Shown: positions 7,901-16,816, counted from the first letter of the stretch. The stretch is DNA of 64,000 nucleotides from Kiritimatiellota bacterium (GCA_013151865.1 JAADHN010000111.1:122624-186623); one strand, 5' to 3'. Made by a program: numbers and translations. The notes: a model not told the origin generated them from the letters alone.

Positions 7901-8087
7901 GAATATGCAAGGCATTCTTGCGGACAAAACCTCCATCATCATAGCTCACCGTCTCAGCACAGTCCGGGATGCCGATGTGATCGCCGTACTGGACAATGGC
8001 GAGGTCGTCGAACAGGGCTCCCACACTGAATTGATGGAAAGCAAGGGCCTCTATCACTTCTTGGTGCACCAGCAGTTGAATCTGTGA
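4983..8087 (+). CDS. Bacteriocin-type ABC exporter: 2x cyclic-nucleotide-binding domain + C39 cysteine peptidase + TMD + NBD (1034 aa)
   Basis: cNMP phosphate-binding cassettes FGESALITDHPRTATARA and FGEKALVEDTTRYADVIC. C39 motifs QYDEMTCGTTC (Cys codon 5976-5978), HYIVVHK and ADPA. Six-helix TMD region. Walker A GRSGSGKST, signature LSGGQKQR, Walker B VLVFDEATSSLD, H-loop IIIAHRLS. ATG 4983 is chosen because the domain begins directly after it; no clear SD. Confidence 0.9.
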   Translation: MQHADLLSFISDLPLFSIYDEERLAAFLEQMSLVSYSAGEVVFEQGDAGDTFYVVYSGRIRILMRRNGSDVNLGVLRKGDHFGESALITDHPRTATARAVEDSVLLVVSREDFTTFLLAEPAHRDYFDKLMRSAAIDRFLKSTSTLGKVGRNEVAELVRCFKPQTFGEGEAVFRQGSVADKFYLVESGKLKVVRWTDQEHEILNFLREGDFFGEKALVEDTTRYADVICLTPCKLFAMHKDDFDALIQKSPKLRRIIQDRIESYKTPPPIPYKEVIKQELAALKETKVTAGEDAEKAVREDRGAAQKTARRRRSRKPARRFPFIRQYDEMTCGTTCLMMISRFYGKNFASARLRELAHVDVSGASLANLATAAEQLGYTTRALKLKYDGLRSVPLPCIVHWQGYHYIVVHKVSDRYVWVADPAIGLRKYDREHFEKNWSGITLTLTPTASLEEQTDDRSSLRNFLRFVTPHRKTLIEVLIASVLLNIFGLATPIFTQNVVDKVLTHNNTSMLNMLFIGMLLVLFFRIMVMFVRQYLIVHISMQIDLKMLVAFYRHMLALPLGYFKARKVGDFVSRFGENQKIRAFMTHTALSLMLDVVLLVVYLGMMFYYNTKMAALTMVFIPFVAAVTLVFTPILRRLNIDAFQAHAEADSHLIESITGIDTIKALHAESPVRWKWEDKYIRSMNIDFKLTNAGMMFSAFGDLVGTLSATVLLWFGAHQVMAGALTVGELMAFMALMGSVMVPVNRVIGAWDDIQQTLVSVDRLNDVFSAKREFADADAGHSGVPLEDVPCTIEFKDVFFRYGGNDDPYILSKINLKLPAGKSLALVGRSGSGKSTLVKLLARFWDVTEGQILINGVNVRHIDLNCLRRMIGFVLQETFIFNGTVRENIAYGEPEMDFSRVLRAAKMANAHDFVTTLPFGYDTRVGESGVQLSGGQKQRIGIARALYAEPRVLVFDEATSSLDSESEQAIQKNMQGILADKTSIIIAHRLSTVRDADVIAVLDNGEVVEQGSHTELMESKGLYHFLVHQQLNL

Positions 8088-8173
8088 GAAAAAGCCGCCC
8101 TGAAGAGGGGCGGCGCCTGCGGACGGAAGTTCCTTTCCTTCCGTGTCGGCTCAAACGAGAGGTACGTCGGTTC

Positions 8174-9523
8174 ATGCCGCCGGAGAAGAACACGACAAAT
8201 GACTCGCCGGAAGCTGCGGATGCGGGCATTTCCGAGGAAATGTCGTCGGAAAGTTTCTTGGTTACCGAGCAACTTCAGCGGGTTCCGAACCTGGTTGCAC
8301 GCGGGTTGATCTATATCGTGTCCCTTCTCGTGGTAACGATCCTGCTCTACACCCACTTTGTCCGGATCGACATTCTTTCCAGAGGGCAGGCAGTCGCTCG
8401 ACCCACGGCGCACAAGGTTCGAATTCTCGCCGACCGCCGGGGCTATGTCGACCGTGTGTTGGTGAAAGAAGGACAGCGAGTGGCTGCCGGCGACGCGCTT
8501 TTCGCGATCCGGTCCCGGGCGAACATTGACCGCGAAGCGCGCTACGCCGAACTGAAGATCACGATCCCGCTGAAAGAAGCTCACTTCAAACAGCGCCGGG
8601 CCCTAACGGCGGAGAAACTCCGAACCCTGCAGAATTCTTCCGCTTATCGCCGGAAGGTCCTCGCCTTGCGGAAAGAAAAGAACGCACTCGCCCGCGCCCG
8701 CGCCGAAATCGATATCCGTTATTGGACGCAACAGGTCGAAACGCTCGCCGAAAGCCTTGCCCGAGCCAGGAGCATGTTCGAAAAGAACATCACGACCCTG
8801 GAAGACTACAACGCCGCAAAGGGACGGCTCGAACACGCCAAGGCGCAACGGGATAAGTCGTCCAATGAACGCCAAACGTATCTGAAAGAAGCCGAGATCA
8901 TCGAAGCCGAAATCAAGGAGGAAGAAGCCAACCTTTCGAGTCAAACCGAAATCGTCCGGGGCGAAGGCCGCAGCATTGAGCTGGAGGCGCAAAGCACGTT
9001 GACAGCCATGCGCAACGAGATGAAGCTTTGCGAGGACATACTCTCGGTCCAGTCCCCCATCGGGACCACGGCCACGAAGCCGGAGGGCGTACTGACAATG
9101 ATCCGAACCGCAACGCCGGGCGCCATTTCGGAGTTGTTTGTCCGCGCCCCCGGTGCCTACGTGCGAGACGGCGACCTGTTGTGCACCGTGGTTCCGGCCG
9201 GCAGTCCCTTGTACATGGACATCGTCCTGGCCAATAAGGACATTGGTTTTATTACCGAGGGGATGCCGGTCAAGTTCAGGTTCGATGCATTCTCCTACAG
9301 AGACTACGGGGCGCTCGCGGGGCGGGTCGAATCCATCTCTCCGTCCGCCGTGGAAGACCCGACCATGGGGTTGGTGTACCACGTACGAGGCGTGCTCGAT
9401 CAACCCGGCTTCAAGATCGATGGAAAACTGTACCGGGTTAAACCCGGAATGACCGCCACAGCAGAACTCGTGACCGAACAAAGGACCTTGTTTTCTATTC
9501 TTGTCAGCAAACTCCGCAGGTGA
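8174..9523 (+). CDS. HlyD-family membrane fusion/adaptor protein of the exporter
   Basis: N-terminal TM helix (LIYIVSLLVVTILLY), lipoyl-like hairpin motifs (GYVDRVLVKEGQRVAAGDALF ... GAYVRDGDLLCTVVP), long coiled-coil middle, beta-barrel C-terminus. Immediately downstream of the ABC gene. GAGAGG lies upstream of ATG 8174. Confidence 0.85.
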   Translation: MPPEKNTTNDSPEAADAGISEEMSSESFLVTEQLQRVPNLVARGLIYIVSLLVVTILLYTHFVRIDILSRGQAVARPTAHKVRILADRRGYVDRVLVKEGQRVAAGDALFAIRSRANIDREARYAELKITIPLKEAHFKQRRALTAEKLRTLQNSSAYRRKVLALRKEKNALARARAEIDIRYWTQQVETLAESLARARSMFEKNITTLEDYNAAKGRLEHAKAQRDKSSNERQTYLKEAEIIEAEIKEEEANLSSQTEIVRGEGRSIELEAQSTLTAMRNEMKLCEDILSVQSPIGTTATKPEGVLTMIRTATPGAISELFVRAPGAYVRDGDLLCTVVPAGSPLYMDIVLANKDIGFITEGMPVKFRFDAFSYRDYGALAGRVESISPSAVEDPTMGLVYHVRGVLDQPGFKIDGKLYRVKPGMTATAELVTEQRTLFSILVSKLRR

Positions 9524-10091
9524 TCCCGAAAGGATCCCCAACAAGGCCGGGACGCTTCCCGACGGAACCGCCGCCGTTTTCCTGCACGACGCTGCAGTTG
9601 TCCCGCGACAACCTGAGCCGAAACACCAGGCACGCCAATTGTGGGACACGGCCCGACACCCCCGGCGGTGTCGGGAGAGTGATGTCGAGTTTTTATGCGC
9701 CTTGCACACTCCCCGCACAAGAGAACCACGTTTCTCGGCTCGCCCGGATGCACGCCCGCGGAAGCAGCCATATATTGAGCGTTGCGAAAGTTCCGTCGAA
9801 AACTGGCACAACTGGCCCCTTGATGGACGTCGACCGGGAAAAGACGTCGTGGAACGCGGCCGACCAACGCCCCGCAGCCGCAAGAACGGACTGCTTTGCG
9901 AACCGGCCCCAGGGCGCGGTCGAGCTGCCCGTGCGAAGACACCCCCTCCCATTCGGCCGCGTTCCGTCGAGGCGGAAGCAGCAGGACACAGACCGCTCAG
10001 GATTGTCGCGGCGATTGTGCGGAAGGCGCGGGTATCGCCCGTGCCCAGCTTGTTTCGAGGTGATCGGCCCCCCAACACCGGGAGATAAGTG

Positions 10092-10835
10092 ATGGAATTC
10101 AAGTATGCCCGTGGAAGCGTTACCAGCGAGGATCTCATTGGGTTGCTGGTGTTCTCGGGGCGGATGGACGCCTTGCTGAAAGAGGCCATCGAGAGGCGCG
10201 AAGTGCGGCGCAAGGCAATGGAATTGGACATCCGGGCGAGCGACGAGGAACTTCAGGCAGCCGCGGACCGGCTCCGGAAAGAGCTTGGTTTGGTCCGAGC
10301 GGACGTGACCATGGCTTTCCTTACCGGCTTCGGGCTCACGGTCGAGGACCTGCAGGAGTACTGCGAGTTCGAGGCGTTGCGGGAAAAGGTCCGGGAACGT
10401 CTGACGCCGGAAGCCAAGATCAACGAGTATTTTCTGAATTACCGTGCCGATTTCGACCGTGCCACCATCTCGATCATTACCGTCGACAGCGAGGAACTCG
10501 CCCGAGAGTTGATCATGCGGGTCGTGGAAGACGGCGAAGATTTCCACGAATTGGCGAGTGAGTATTCACTTGATGAAGGGACCCGCGAAAACGGCGGAAG
10601 GGTCGGCGCCGTCCCACGAAGCGCTTATTCGCCGGAAGTGAGCGCCAAAATATTCAACGCAGACCCGGGTGACGTGGTCGGACCGTTCTCGTTGGGCGAC
10701 CGCTCCCTTCTGATCTTGGTCGAGAAGGTGGAAAAAGGCGGGCTGACCGACGAAGCGAGGACCGCGGTCCGGGATCGGATTTATCAGGATTGGCTCCATG
10801 CATTCCTGCGCGCCGGGATCTCCGTCGCGTCCTGA
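10092..10835 (+). CDS. PpiC/parvulin-type peptidyl-prolyl isomerase with SurA_N-like N-terminal domain, no signal peptide
   Basis: GGAG lies 7 nt upstream of ATG 10092. The C-terminal half (ISIITVDSEELARELIMRVVEDGEDFHELASEYSLDEGTRENGGRVGAVPRSAYSPEVSAKIFNADPGDVVGPFSLGDRSLLILVEKV) has the rotamase/parvulin pattern. The N-terminal half is paralogous to the 1593-2024 product. Confidence 0.8.
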   Translation: MEFKYARGSVTSEDLIGLLVFSGRMDALLKEAIERREVRRKAMELDIRASDEELQAAADRLRKELGLVRADVTMAFLTGFGLTVEDLQEYCEFEALREKVRERLTPEAKINEYFLNYRADFDRATISIITVDSEELARELIMRVVEDGEDFHELASEYSLDEGTRENGGRVGAVPRSAYSPEVSAKIFNADPGDVVGPFSLGDRSLLILVEKVEKGGLTDEARTAVRDRIYQDWLHAFLRAGISVAS

Positions 10836-11095
10836 GGCGCGGAAGGAGGCCGACGTGGCGGGCACGGAGGAAATCGGATGACGGCCTGGGAAAAAGCCGA
10901 CCGCGGAGAACTCTGGCGCCGTCCACCGCGGCTCCCGCCGCCCTTTCGGACGCCCCCTTTCTTCAGCGCATGAGGCGGTAACGGCAACGCGCCCTTGAGG
11001 CGTCCGTTCGATTCACGGCGGGCTGAGCGGTCGCGCGTCCGGGCAGAAGGCCCGGCAACTCGCGATTGGAACGCCGGTGAAGGCGAGGAAGAACC

Positions 11096-11326
11096 ATGGC
11101 AAGAATCAAGTTTGAAGATTTGGAGGAAGTCACGGCGACAAAGGCAAAGATCAACCTTGGCGGCCTGCTTCACGAGACAGCCGTGAACGGACGCCAATTC
11201 GTTGTCAATCGGCAGGGCAAACCGGTGTCGGTAATCCTCAGCTACAACGACTACCGCGACCTGCTGGCTGAGCTGGAGCGGTTGCGCCGAATACGAGGAC
11301 CCGACACGCTCCCATCTCTTCGGTAA
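11096..11326 (+). CDS. Phd/YefM-family antitoxin-like protein (76 aa), no adjacent toxin gene
   Basis: GAGGAAG SD. VTATKAKINLGGLLHETAVNGRQFVVNRQGKPVSVILSYNDYRDLLAELE matches the Phd/YefM N-terminal fold pattern (compare YefM [47 protein letters not shown]). Confidence 0.7.
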   Translation: MARIKFEDLEEVTATKAKINLGGLLHETAVNGRQFVVNRQGKPVSVILSYNDYRDLLAELERLRRIRGPDTLPSLR

Positions 11327-11626
11327 AGCAACGACTCGGGACGCCGCCCCCCGGCCAAGCCGCCGGTCCCATATCCTATTCTCGGATGCCGGCCAAGAAC
11401 ACACGCCGAGGCGCGCACATGGAACATGCGCATGGGGCGACTTGTGAGTCTCGTGCGATCGACGTTTCGGTTCGCCCGCCGAGAGGCACGGCCCTCCCGC
11501 ACCGCGGGATCGCCCGCCACGGGCGAACGAATGACCGGACTGTGCGTTCGTCACGGAAATACGCGCGCCCGAGCGGGCATGGGTGAGTCCTGAAGTTTAT
11601 TTGTGAACACAAAAGGCACCTCGACG

Positions 11627-12133
11627 ATGACCGAGAACGGCGTTCGACCCGAGCGACATCGCCCGGCCTGGAACGAGTATTTCCTCAAGTTGGCTATGCT
11701 CGCCTCGGAGCGGGCCACCTGCCCGCGCATGCACTGCGGCTGCGTGCTGGTCCGCGACCGCTTCGTCCTGGCAACGGGATACAACGGCTCATTGCCCGGA
11801 GCACCTCACTGTGACGAGGTCGGTTGCATGGTCGTCAACGGACACTGCGTCCGCACGAACCACGCGGAGATCAACGCCATCTGTCAAGCCACACGTCACG
11901 GTGTGATCCTGACCGGCGCCACTGCGTACGTGACCAACATGCCCTGCACGGCCTGCGCCAAGGCCCTGATCGCCGCCGGAATCGAGCGGGTCATCGTGTT
12001 CTCCGAGTATCACGATACACTTGCAGAACGCTTTTTTAAGGAATCCGGCGTGCTCTTGGAACGTCTCCCGATGCCCGACCGGGAAATTCACTACGATTTG
12101 GACGCTTTTGCGTCTGCCGCCCCGCCTGTCTGA
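11627..12133 (+). CDS. dCMP/CMP deaminase (ComEB-like zinc deaminase)
   Basis: Zinc-binding motifs HAEINAI and PCTACAKAL. The WNEYFLKLAMLASERATC N-terminus is typical of dCMP deaminases. Confidence 0.85.
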   Translation: MTENGVRPERHRPAWNEYFLKLAMLASERATCPRMHCGCVLVRDRFVLATGYNGSLPGAPHCDEVGCMVVNGHCVRTNHAEINAICQATRHGVILTGATAYVTNMPCTACAKALIAAGIERVIVFSEYHDTLAERFFKESGVLLERLPMPDREIHYDLDAFASAAPPV

Positions 12134-12191
12134 GTTTTCGGCCGGCTCGGGGGGCACCCGACCGGCCCCGTCGAGGGACCACGGAGGTCTG

Positions 12192-14405
12192 ATGCTTTGG
12201 TGTTTCGCCAATAGGCTGGCACTCAAGGACGTCGGTCGCCCGGGCCGCCTCTTGGCCGCGGTCCTTTTGTGCTTGGCCTGGAGCGCGGTTGTCCGGAGCC
12301 GCGCACGTGCTTCCGGTCGAGATCCCGCCACGGACGGGCGCGGGACTCTCTCCCGGGAATCGCACTTGGACCCTCCCGCGAACAGCGCTGGTTTGCCGGA
12401 GGCGCACGGCGCGGCTTTTCTGTCCCGCCGACCCCGACCCGGCGCACCCCGACGGGCCGAATCGAAGTCGGTCGACCCCGTTGTCGTGCCGGACGCCACG
12501 GGGACCGCCACCCCCGCCGCCCGAAGATGCCCGAGGTTTGCGAAGTCCGCGCTGGGGACCGGACAGAGGGTCCTGTCAGGGCCATGGGCAGCAATCGGCC
12601 TGGTCGACACCCCGAGCGAGTCTCCCGACACGGAAATCACCGCCCGAGGCGATGCACCAAGGGAAAACACCGCGGTACTGAGCATATCGAGCCAGCCCGA
12701 TCCGGGGGTGTGGATCGAGTATCGGTTTCCGGACGGCACAATTGGAGCCCGTCCCACACCATTCGATCTGACCGTCGCGCCGGGGACAAGATTGGAACTG
12801 ACCGCGCCATGGTCATCCGGCGGGAAATACTTCCTGACGTGGGAATCGAGCGCGCTTCGGGAACGGGTCCTGCACATCACTCACAACGTCACGGTGGATG
12901 CCGACATCGCGGCTGTCGCCTCGTACGGAGTCGTGACCGATTTCTATGTAAACGACTCCGCGCCCGACCCGGAACTCGGGATTGCGGCGGGTTCCGATTC
13001 GTTTCCCGGCACATCCCCCGAGGCCCCCGCAGCCGGAATCCAGGCTTTGTTGGACCATTACCCCAGGCTGGGGAACGGCATCACGCTGCACGTGGCGCCC
13101 GGCACATATCCTGAGAATGTCGTACTCCGAAGCGGACACACGGGTCTGAAAGTGATCGGCGCCGGGGATGCCTCGATCATAGACGGCGGAGCTACAGGCC
13201 CCTGCCTGACCTTGACCGGCTTTGCCACGGGGACGGTCAGCGGCCTGCAGCTCCGCAACGGACTCGCCGAGTCCGGCGGCGGTCTGCTGTGCACCGACGG
13301 TTCTTCCCCGGACCTGATCGGCCTGCAGATAACGAGCAACAACGCCACGCGGGCCGGCGGGGGGACCATGATTCGGCAGAGCGGCCCCCACATGGTAAAC
13401 TGCGTGATCACCGGCAACACCGCCCCGACCGGCGGGGGGATCGCGTGCGAAGCAGGCGCTTTTCCGGCGTTCATCAACTGCACCTTCAGCGGAAATCGAG
13501 CGACCTTGTACGGCGGCGCCGTGTGGCTGGACGGTGCGTTGCCCGACTTTGCCAACTGCATTTTCTGGGGCGACACCGCCCCGGCGGGACTCGAGTTCGC
13601 CATGGGCAACTGGTCGGAACCATGGGTCTGGAACAGCGACGTGGCAGGCGGTGAGGCCGCGGCCTTGATCCTAGACGAGGGAGGCTCCCTGTTCGGACAA
13701 TACACCGCGAACAAGGACGCCGACCCGAGGTTCGTTCGACCGGGACAGTGGTCGGACAACGGCTGGACGGCGGGCGACTATCGCCTCCTGCCCGATTCTC
13801 CCGTTGTGGACAGCGGCGACAATTCGGCGCTCCCAACAGGACTGAATACCGACAAAGCGGGCGGTCCACGCATTCTGCCGGCGGACTCCGGCCTTGTGGA
13901 CATGGGCGCTTTCGAAGCCGACAGCGACACGCAGTGGCTCGATTTCACGCTGGCGCTCGATTTGGGTTGGAACTTGATCTCGGTTCCATTCGAACCGGCC
14001 GACGGAAGTCCGACGGCCGTACTCGGCCCCGACGTGGCGCTCCCGGTGTGGACATGGGACGGCGCCAGGTACACCCAGGCACAGTCTATTCAACCGGGAT
14101 GCGGGTATTGGGTGTTCGCGTTTTTGCCGGTCCAGCGGACGCTCTTCGGACAGGAGGCCGCGGCGGCGGTCGTTTCGGTCGAGACCGCCGGCTGGCGCCT
14201 CGCGGGGCCGGTGACCACGACGCCTTTCCCCGACCTGCCCCTCCCGCCGGTCGTTACTCCCGCAGTCGCGGTGGACTCGCGGTTCTGGGTATGGGAAACG
14301 AGCGGCCAACGCTACCGCCTCGCGCACAAGCTTCCTGCCGGTCAAGCTGTCTGGATTTACGTTTTTGGACCGTGCACCGTCGAACTTGCGCCGCCTTCCC
14401 CGTGA
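12192..14405 (+). CDS. Secreted right-handed parallel beta-helix repeat protein (function unknown)
   Basis: GGAGG SD. Signal-like N-terminus (LLAAVLLCLAWSAVV). Repeated G-x-x-x-GGG(I/L)/N-C-x-F turns (GGGLLCTDGSSPDLIGLQITSNNA, GGGIACEAGAFPAFINCTFSGNRA, GGAVWLDGALPDFANCIFWGDTA) are typical of beta-helix/PbH1 repeats. Confidence 0.6.
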   Translation: MLWCFANRLALKDVGRPGRLLAAVLLCLAWSAVVRSRARASGRDPATDGRGTLSRESHLDPPANSAGLPEAHGAAFLSRRPRPGAPRRAESKSVDPVVVPDATGTATPAARRCPRFAKSALGTGQRVLSGPWAAIGLVDTPSESPDTEITARGDAPRENTAVLSISSQPDPGVWIEYRFPDGTIGARPTPFDLTVAPGTRLELTAPWSSGGKYFLTWESSALRERVLHITHNVTVDADIAAVASYGVVTDFYVNDSAPDPELGIAAGSDSFPGTSPEAPAAGIQALLDHYPRLGNGITLHVAPGTYPENVVLRSGHTGLKVIGAGDASIIDGGATGPCLTLTGFATGTVSGLQLRNGLAESGGGLLCTDGSSPDLIGLQITSNNATRAGGGTMIRQSGPHMVNCVITGNTAPTGGGIACEAGAFPAFINCTFSGNRATLYGGAVWLDGALPDFANCIFWGDTAPAGLEFAMGNWSEPWVWNSDVAGGEAAALILDEGGSLFGQYTANKDADPRFVRPGQWSDNGWTAGDYRLLPDSPVVDSGDNSALPTGLNTDKAGGPRILPADSGLVDMGAFEADSDTQWLDFTLALDLGWNLISVPFEPADGSPTAVLGPDVALPVWTWDGARYTQAQSIQPGCGYWVFAFLPVQRTLFGQEAAAAVVSVETAGWRLAGPVTTTPFPDLPLPPVVTPAVAVDSRFWVWETSGQRYRLAHKLPAGQAVWIYVFGPCTVELAPPSP

Positions 14406-14634
14406 AGCCCAAATCCATCTTTCATCCACCGTGACGCGCGATCGTTTCCGGAGGCAGCATCGTGGCTGGACAATTTGAAATCCGGCCCATTTCGGTACAG
14501 GTTATCGATGGACGATGCGACGCAGTCCTCGCGGGGAACGGGGTCACGGTGGAGAAAAGCGGACAATCGTCCGGGGGGAGCCCCTTCGCCGGCTCGAAAC
14601 GGTGTTGGGTGTGGGACAGCATTGAACAGGGAGC

Positions 14635-15864
14635 GTGTCCGTGCACACACAATTCGAACGGTACCTCCGCGAACTGTTCCAACTGACTCTGGCACGTCCA
14701 CCGGAGGAGATGCTCAACCAGTGCCTGTGGTTCTGCATCGACCTGGCGGGCGCCGAAGGCGGCTCGATCCTGGCGGAAGAGGGTCCGGGCCTCAAGTTCC
14801 TCTTCTCCAACGTCGAGTCACTCATCGGCATGTCGGTCCCTTGGAGCAGCATTGCCGGCGAAACCGTCCGCCAAAACGTGGTCATCTACACGTATGCGCC
14901 CAAGGACAAGCGGCACTTCGACGGCATCGACCAGCAAACCCGACGGCAGACCGATTACCTGCTCAGTATTCCCATCCCGTCGGTTCACGCGGCCCGGGCC
15001 TCTCGGGCACAGAAGAACACAGGTGTGCTGCAACTGCTTTTCGCCCGGGATGTTCTGCCGGGCGTGGACTTGGAGCAAGCCCGGGAAGGGATCACCCTTG
15101 AAGCTCTGAAAGATCAAGGCTTCTACGCCGACCGATTGGCCGGGGTCTTCCTGATCCTGCCGACGATCTCCTTCATTTTCGAGGTGCTCCAATTGCGGGA
15201 AACTTCGTACCAGGTAATCCATGAGCTGAAAAACAAGCTCATCGCCGCAGAATCGTGGCTGAACTGCCTCCGTGAGGACGTCGAGGACGTTGAGCCGGAA
15301 ATATTCAAGGATGAGAGCATTATCGAGGACTTCGAGCTGGCCCACGGCGCCGCACACCACGGCGCACGCCTGGCCAGAGCCTATCTGCAGTTCACCAAGA
15401 TCTATGCTCCGGAAGCGGTGGAAACCAACATCAATGACGTGTTGAAGAAGACCGCGGCCAATGCCCGGGCCTTTGCCGCCGAGTTCCCCGGCGGGGACGT
15501 TGACATCGCCTTGGAACTCAGTGACGACATTCCGGTCCGCAGCTTCGATCCGGAACAGATGCAGATGGCCTTTTTCAACCTCGCCAAAAACGCGGTCGAA
15601 GCCCTGAAAGAATTCAAAGTCGACAACGCGGAAGTCCGATTTGTTTCCCGGTACGTGAACAATGGCATCGAAGTGGAAATCCGCGACAACGGACCGGGCA
15701 TGCCGGAAGAAATCGCTTCCAACCTTTTCGTGGCCTTTAAGACCAAGAAGGAAGGCGGCACGGGACTGGGCTTGACGATCGCCAAGAAGATCATCGACGT
15801 GCACGGCGGCTCCATCGATTGTCAAACAGGGCCTTCAGGCACTCGATTCATCATCCGTTTCTGA
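14635..15864 (+). CDS. Sensor histidine kinase (cytoplasmic, GAF-like N-terminal region)
   Basis: H-box IHELKNKL, N-box FFNLAKNAVEAL, G1 IRDNGPGMP, G2 GGTGLGLTIAKKIIDVHGG. Start is GTG 14635 or 14641 after AGGGAG. Confidence 0.85.
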   Translation: MSVHTQFERYLRELFQLTLARPPEEMLNQCLWFCIDLAGAEGGSILAEEGPGLKFLFSNVESLIGMSVPWSSIAGETVRQNVVIYTYAPKDKRHFDGIDQQTRRQTDYLLSIPIPSVHAARASRAQKNTGVLQLLFARDVLPGVDLEQAREGITLEALKDQGFYADRLAGVFLILPTISFIFEVLQLRETSYQVIHELKNKLIAAESWLNCLREDVEDVEPEIFKDESIIEDFELAHGAAHHGARLARAYLQFTKIYAPEAVETNINDVLKKTAANARAFAAEFPGGDVDIALELSDDIPVRSFDPEQMQMAFFNLAKNAVEALKEFKVDNAEVRFVSRYVNNGIEVEIRDNGPGMPEEIASNLFVAFKTKKEGGTGLGLTIAKKIIDVHGGSIDCQTGPSGTRFIIRF

Positions 15865-16001
15865 AATATGGGACGCCGCCCTTGCCGGACAATCGGCGGC
15901 GAAACCGATTGCAGCATGGAACGACGGAACGGACCCACCGGCTTGCCGGCCGGGGTCCGACTGTCCGACTCAGGTATGGCAAACCCAAGGAGGGAAGCGC
16001 A

Positions 16002-16553
16002 ATGGCAGGCAACGAATACCAGAGCACAGATCCGGAAAGCCAGGACACCAAAGAAGCGTACCATCAGTTACTGGACACCATCAAACAGCGGATGGACCCC
16101 ACGAGCAACACCGTGTTGCTGGTGGACGACGAGCGCGCCATTCGCCGGCGCGTGGCCCGGGACATCACCAAGAACGATCCCACGATCGTGATCCATGAGG
16201 CGGCCAACGGCCAGGAGGCATTGGACAAACTCGAAGAGATCCGTCGGACGTACAGCCGCGACCCGCTTTTCATTGTTCTGGATCTGAATATGCCGGTGAT
16301 GACGGGCTGGGAAGTCATTGACGTGTTGCGGAAAGAGTACGAAAGCCAGGGCAAGACACAAGGCATCCCAATCATCGTGCTATCGTCGACCACCGGGGAA
16401 AAAGGGCTGCTCTTCAAGAAGTCCGTCCACGGCGGCAAGGCGCGCTACGCTCCTCTGGTCACTGTGGCTAAGGAAGCGTGCATCGCGCCCAAACGCTATG
16501 ACGCCCGGGGAGAAAAGGGCCTGATGGCCTGGATCAAGTACTTCACCCGGTGA
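16002..16553 (+). CDS. Response regulator, receiver domain with short C-terminal extension (no recognisable DNA-binding output)
   Basis: AAGGAGG lies 7 nt upstream. VLLVDDE...LFIVLDLNMPVMTGWEV...IPIIVLSS give the canonical DD/D/T(S)/K receiver pattern. Confidence 0.85.
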   Translation: MAGNEYQSTDPESQDTKEAYHQLLDTIKQRMDPTSNTVLLVDDERAIRRRVARDITKNDPTIVIHEAANGQEALDKLEEIRRTYSRDPLFIVLDLNMPVMTGWEVIDVLRKEYESQGKTQGIPIIVLSSTTGEKGLLFKKSVHGGKARYAPLVTVAKEACIAPKRYDARGEKGLMAWIKYFTR

Positions 16554-16816
16554 GACGGGGAGGGAGGTTGCGCCCCGGTCTCCTGCCGATGCACGAAAAG
16601 AATACGTACCCGGCGGGCAGGCGCCGTTCCCCGCTGAACCTGATCCGGGTAACAGGCGTTGCAAGGTGCAACGAGTGAGGATGCCGTGCGCGACTGACGA
16701 CGCCCCAGCCGCAGTCGAGTGCGCAACCAAAACGAAACTAGGGTGTTGCGAAACCGTATGGCGCCGCACGGCAGGCAGCCAGGGATGCCGCGGTGCTTCT
16801 CCGGCGGGGACGGCGG

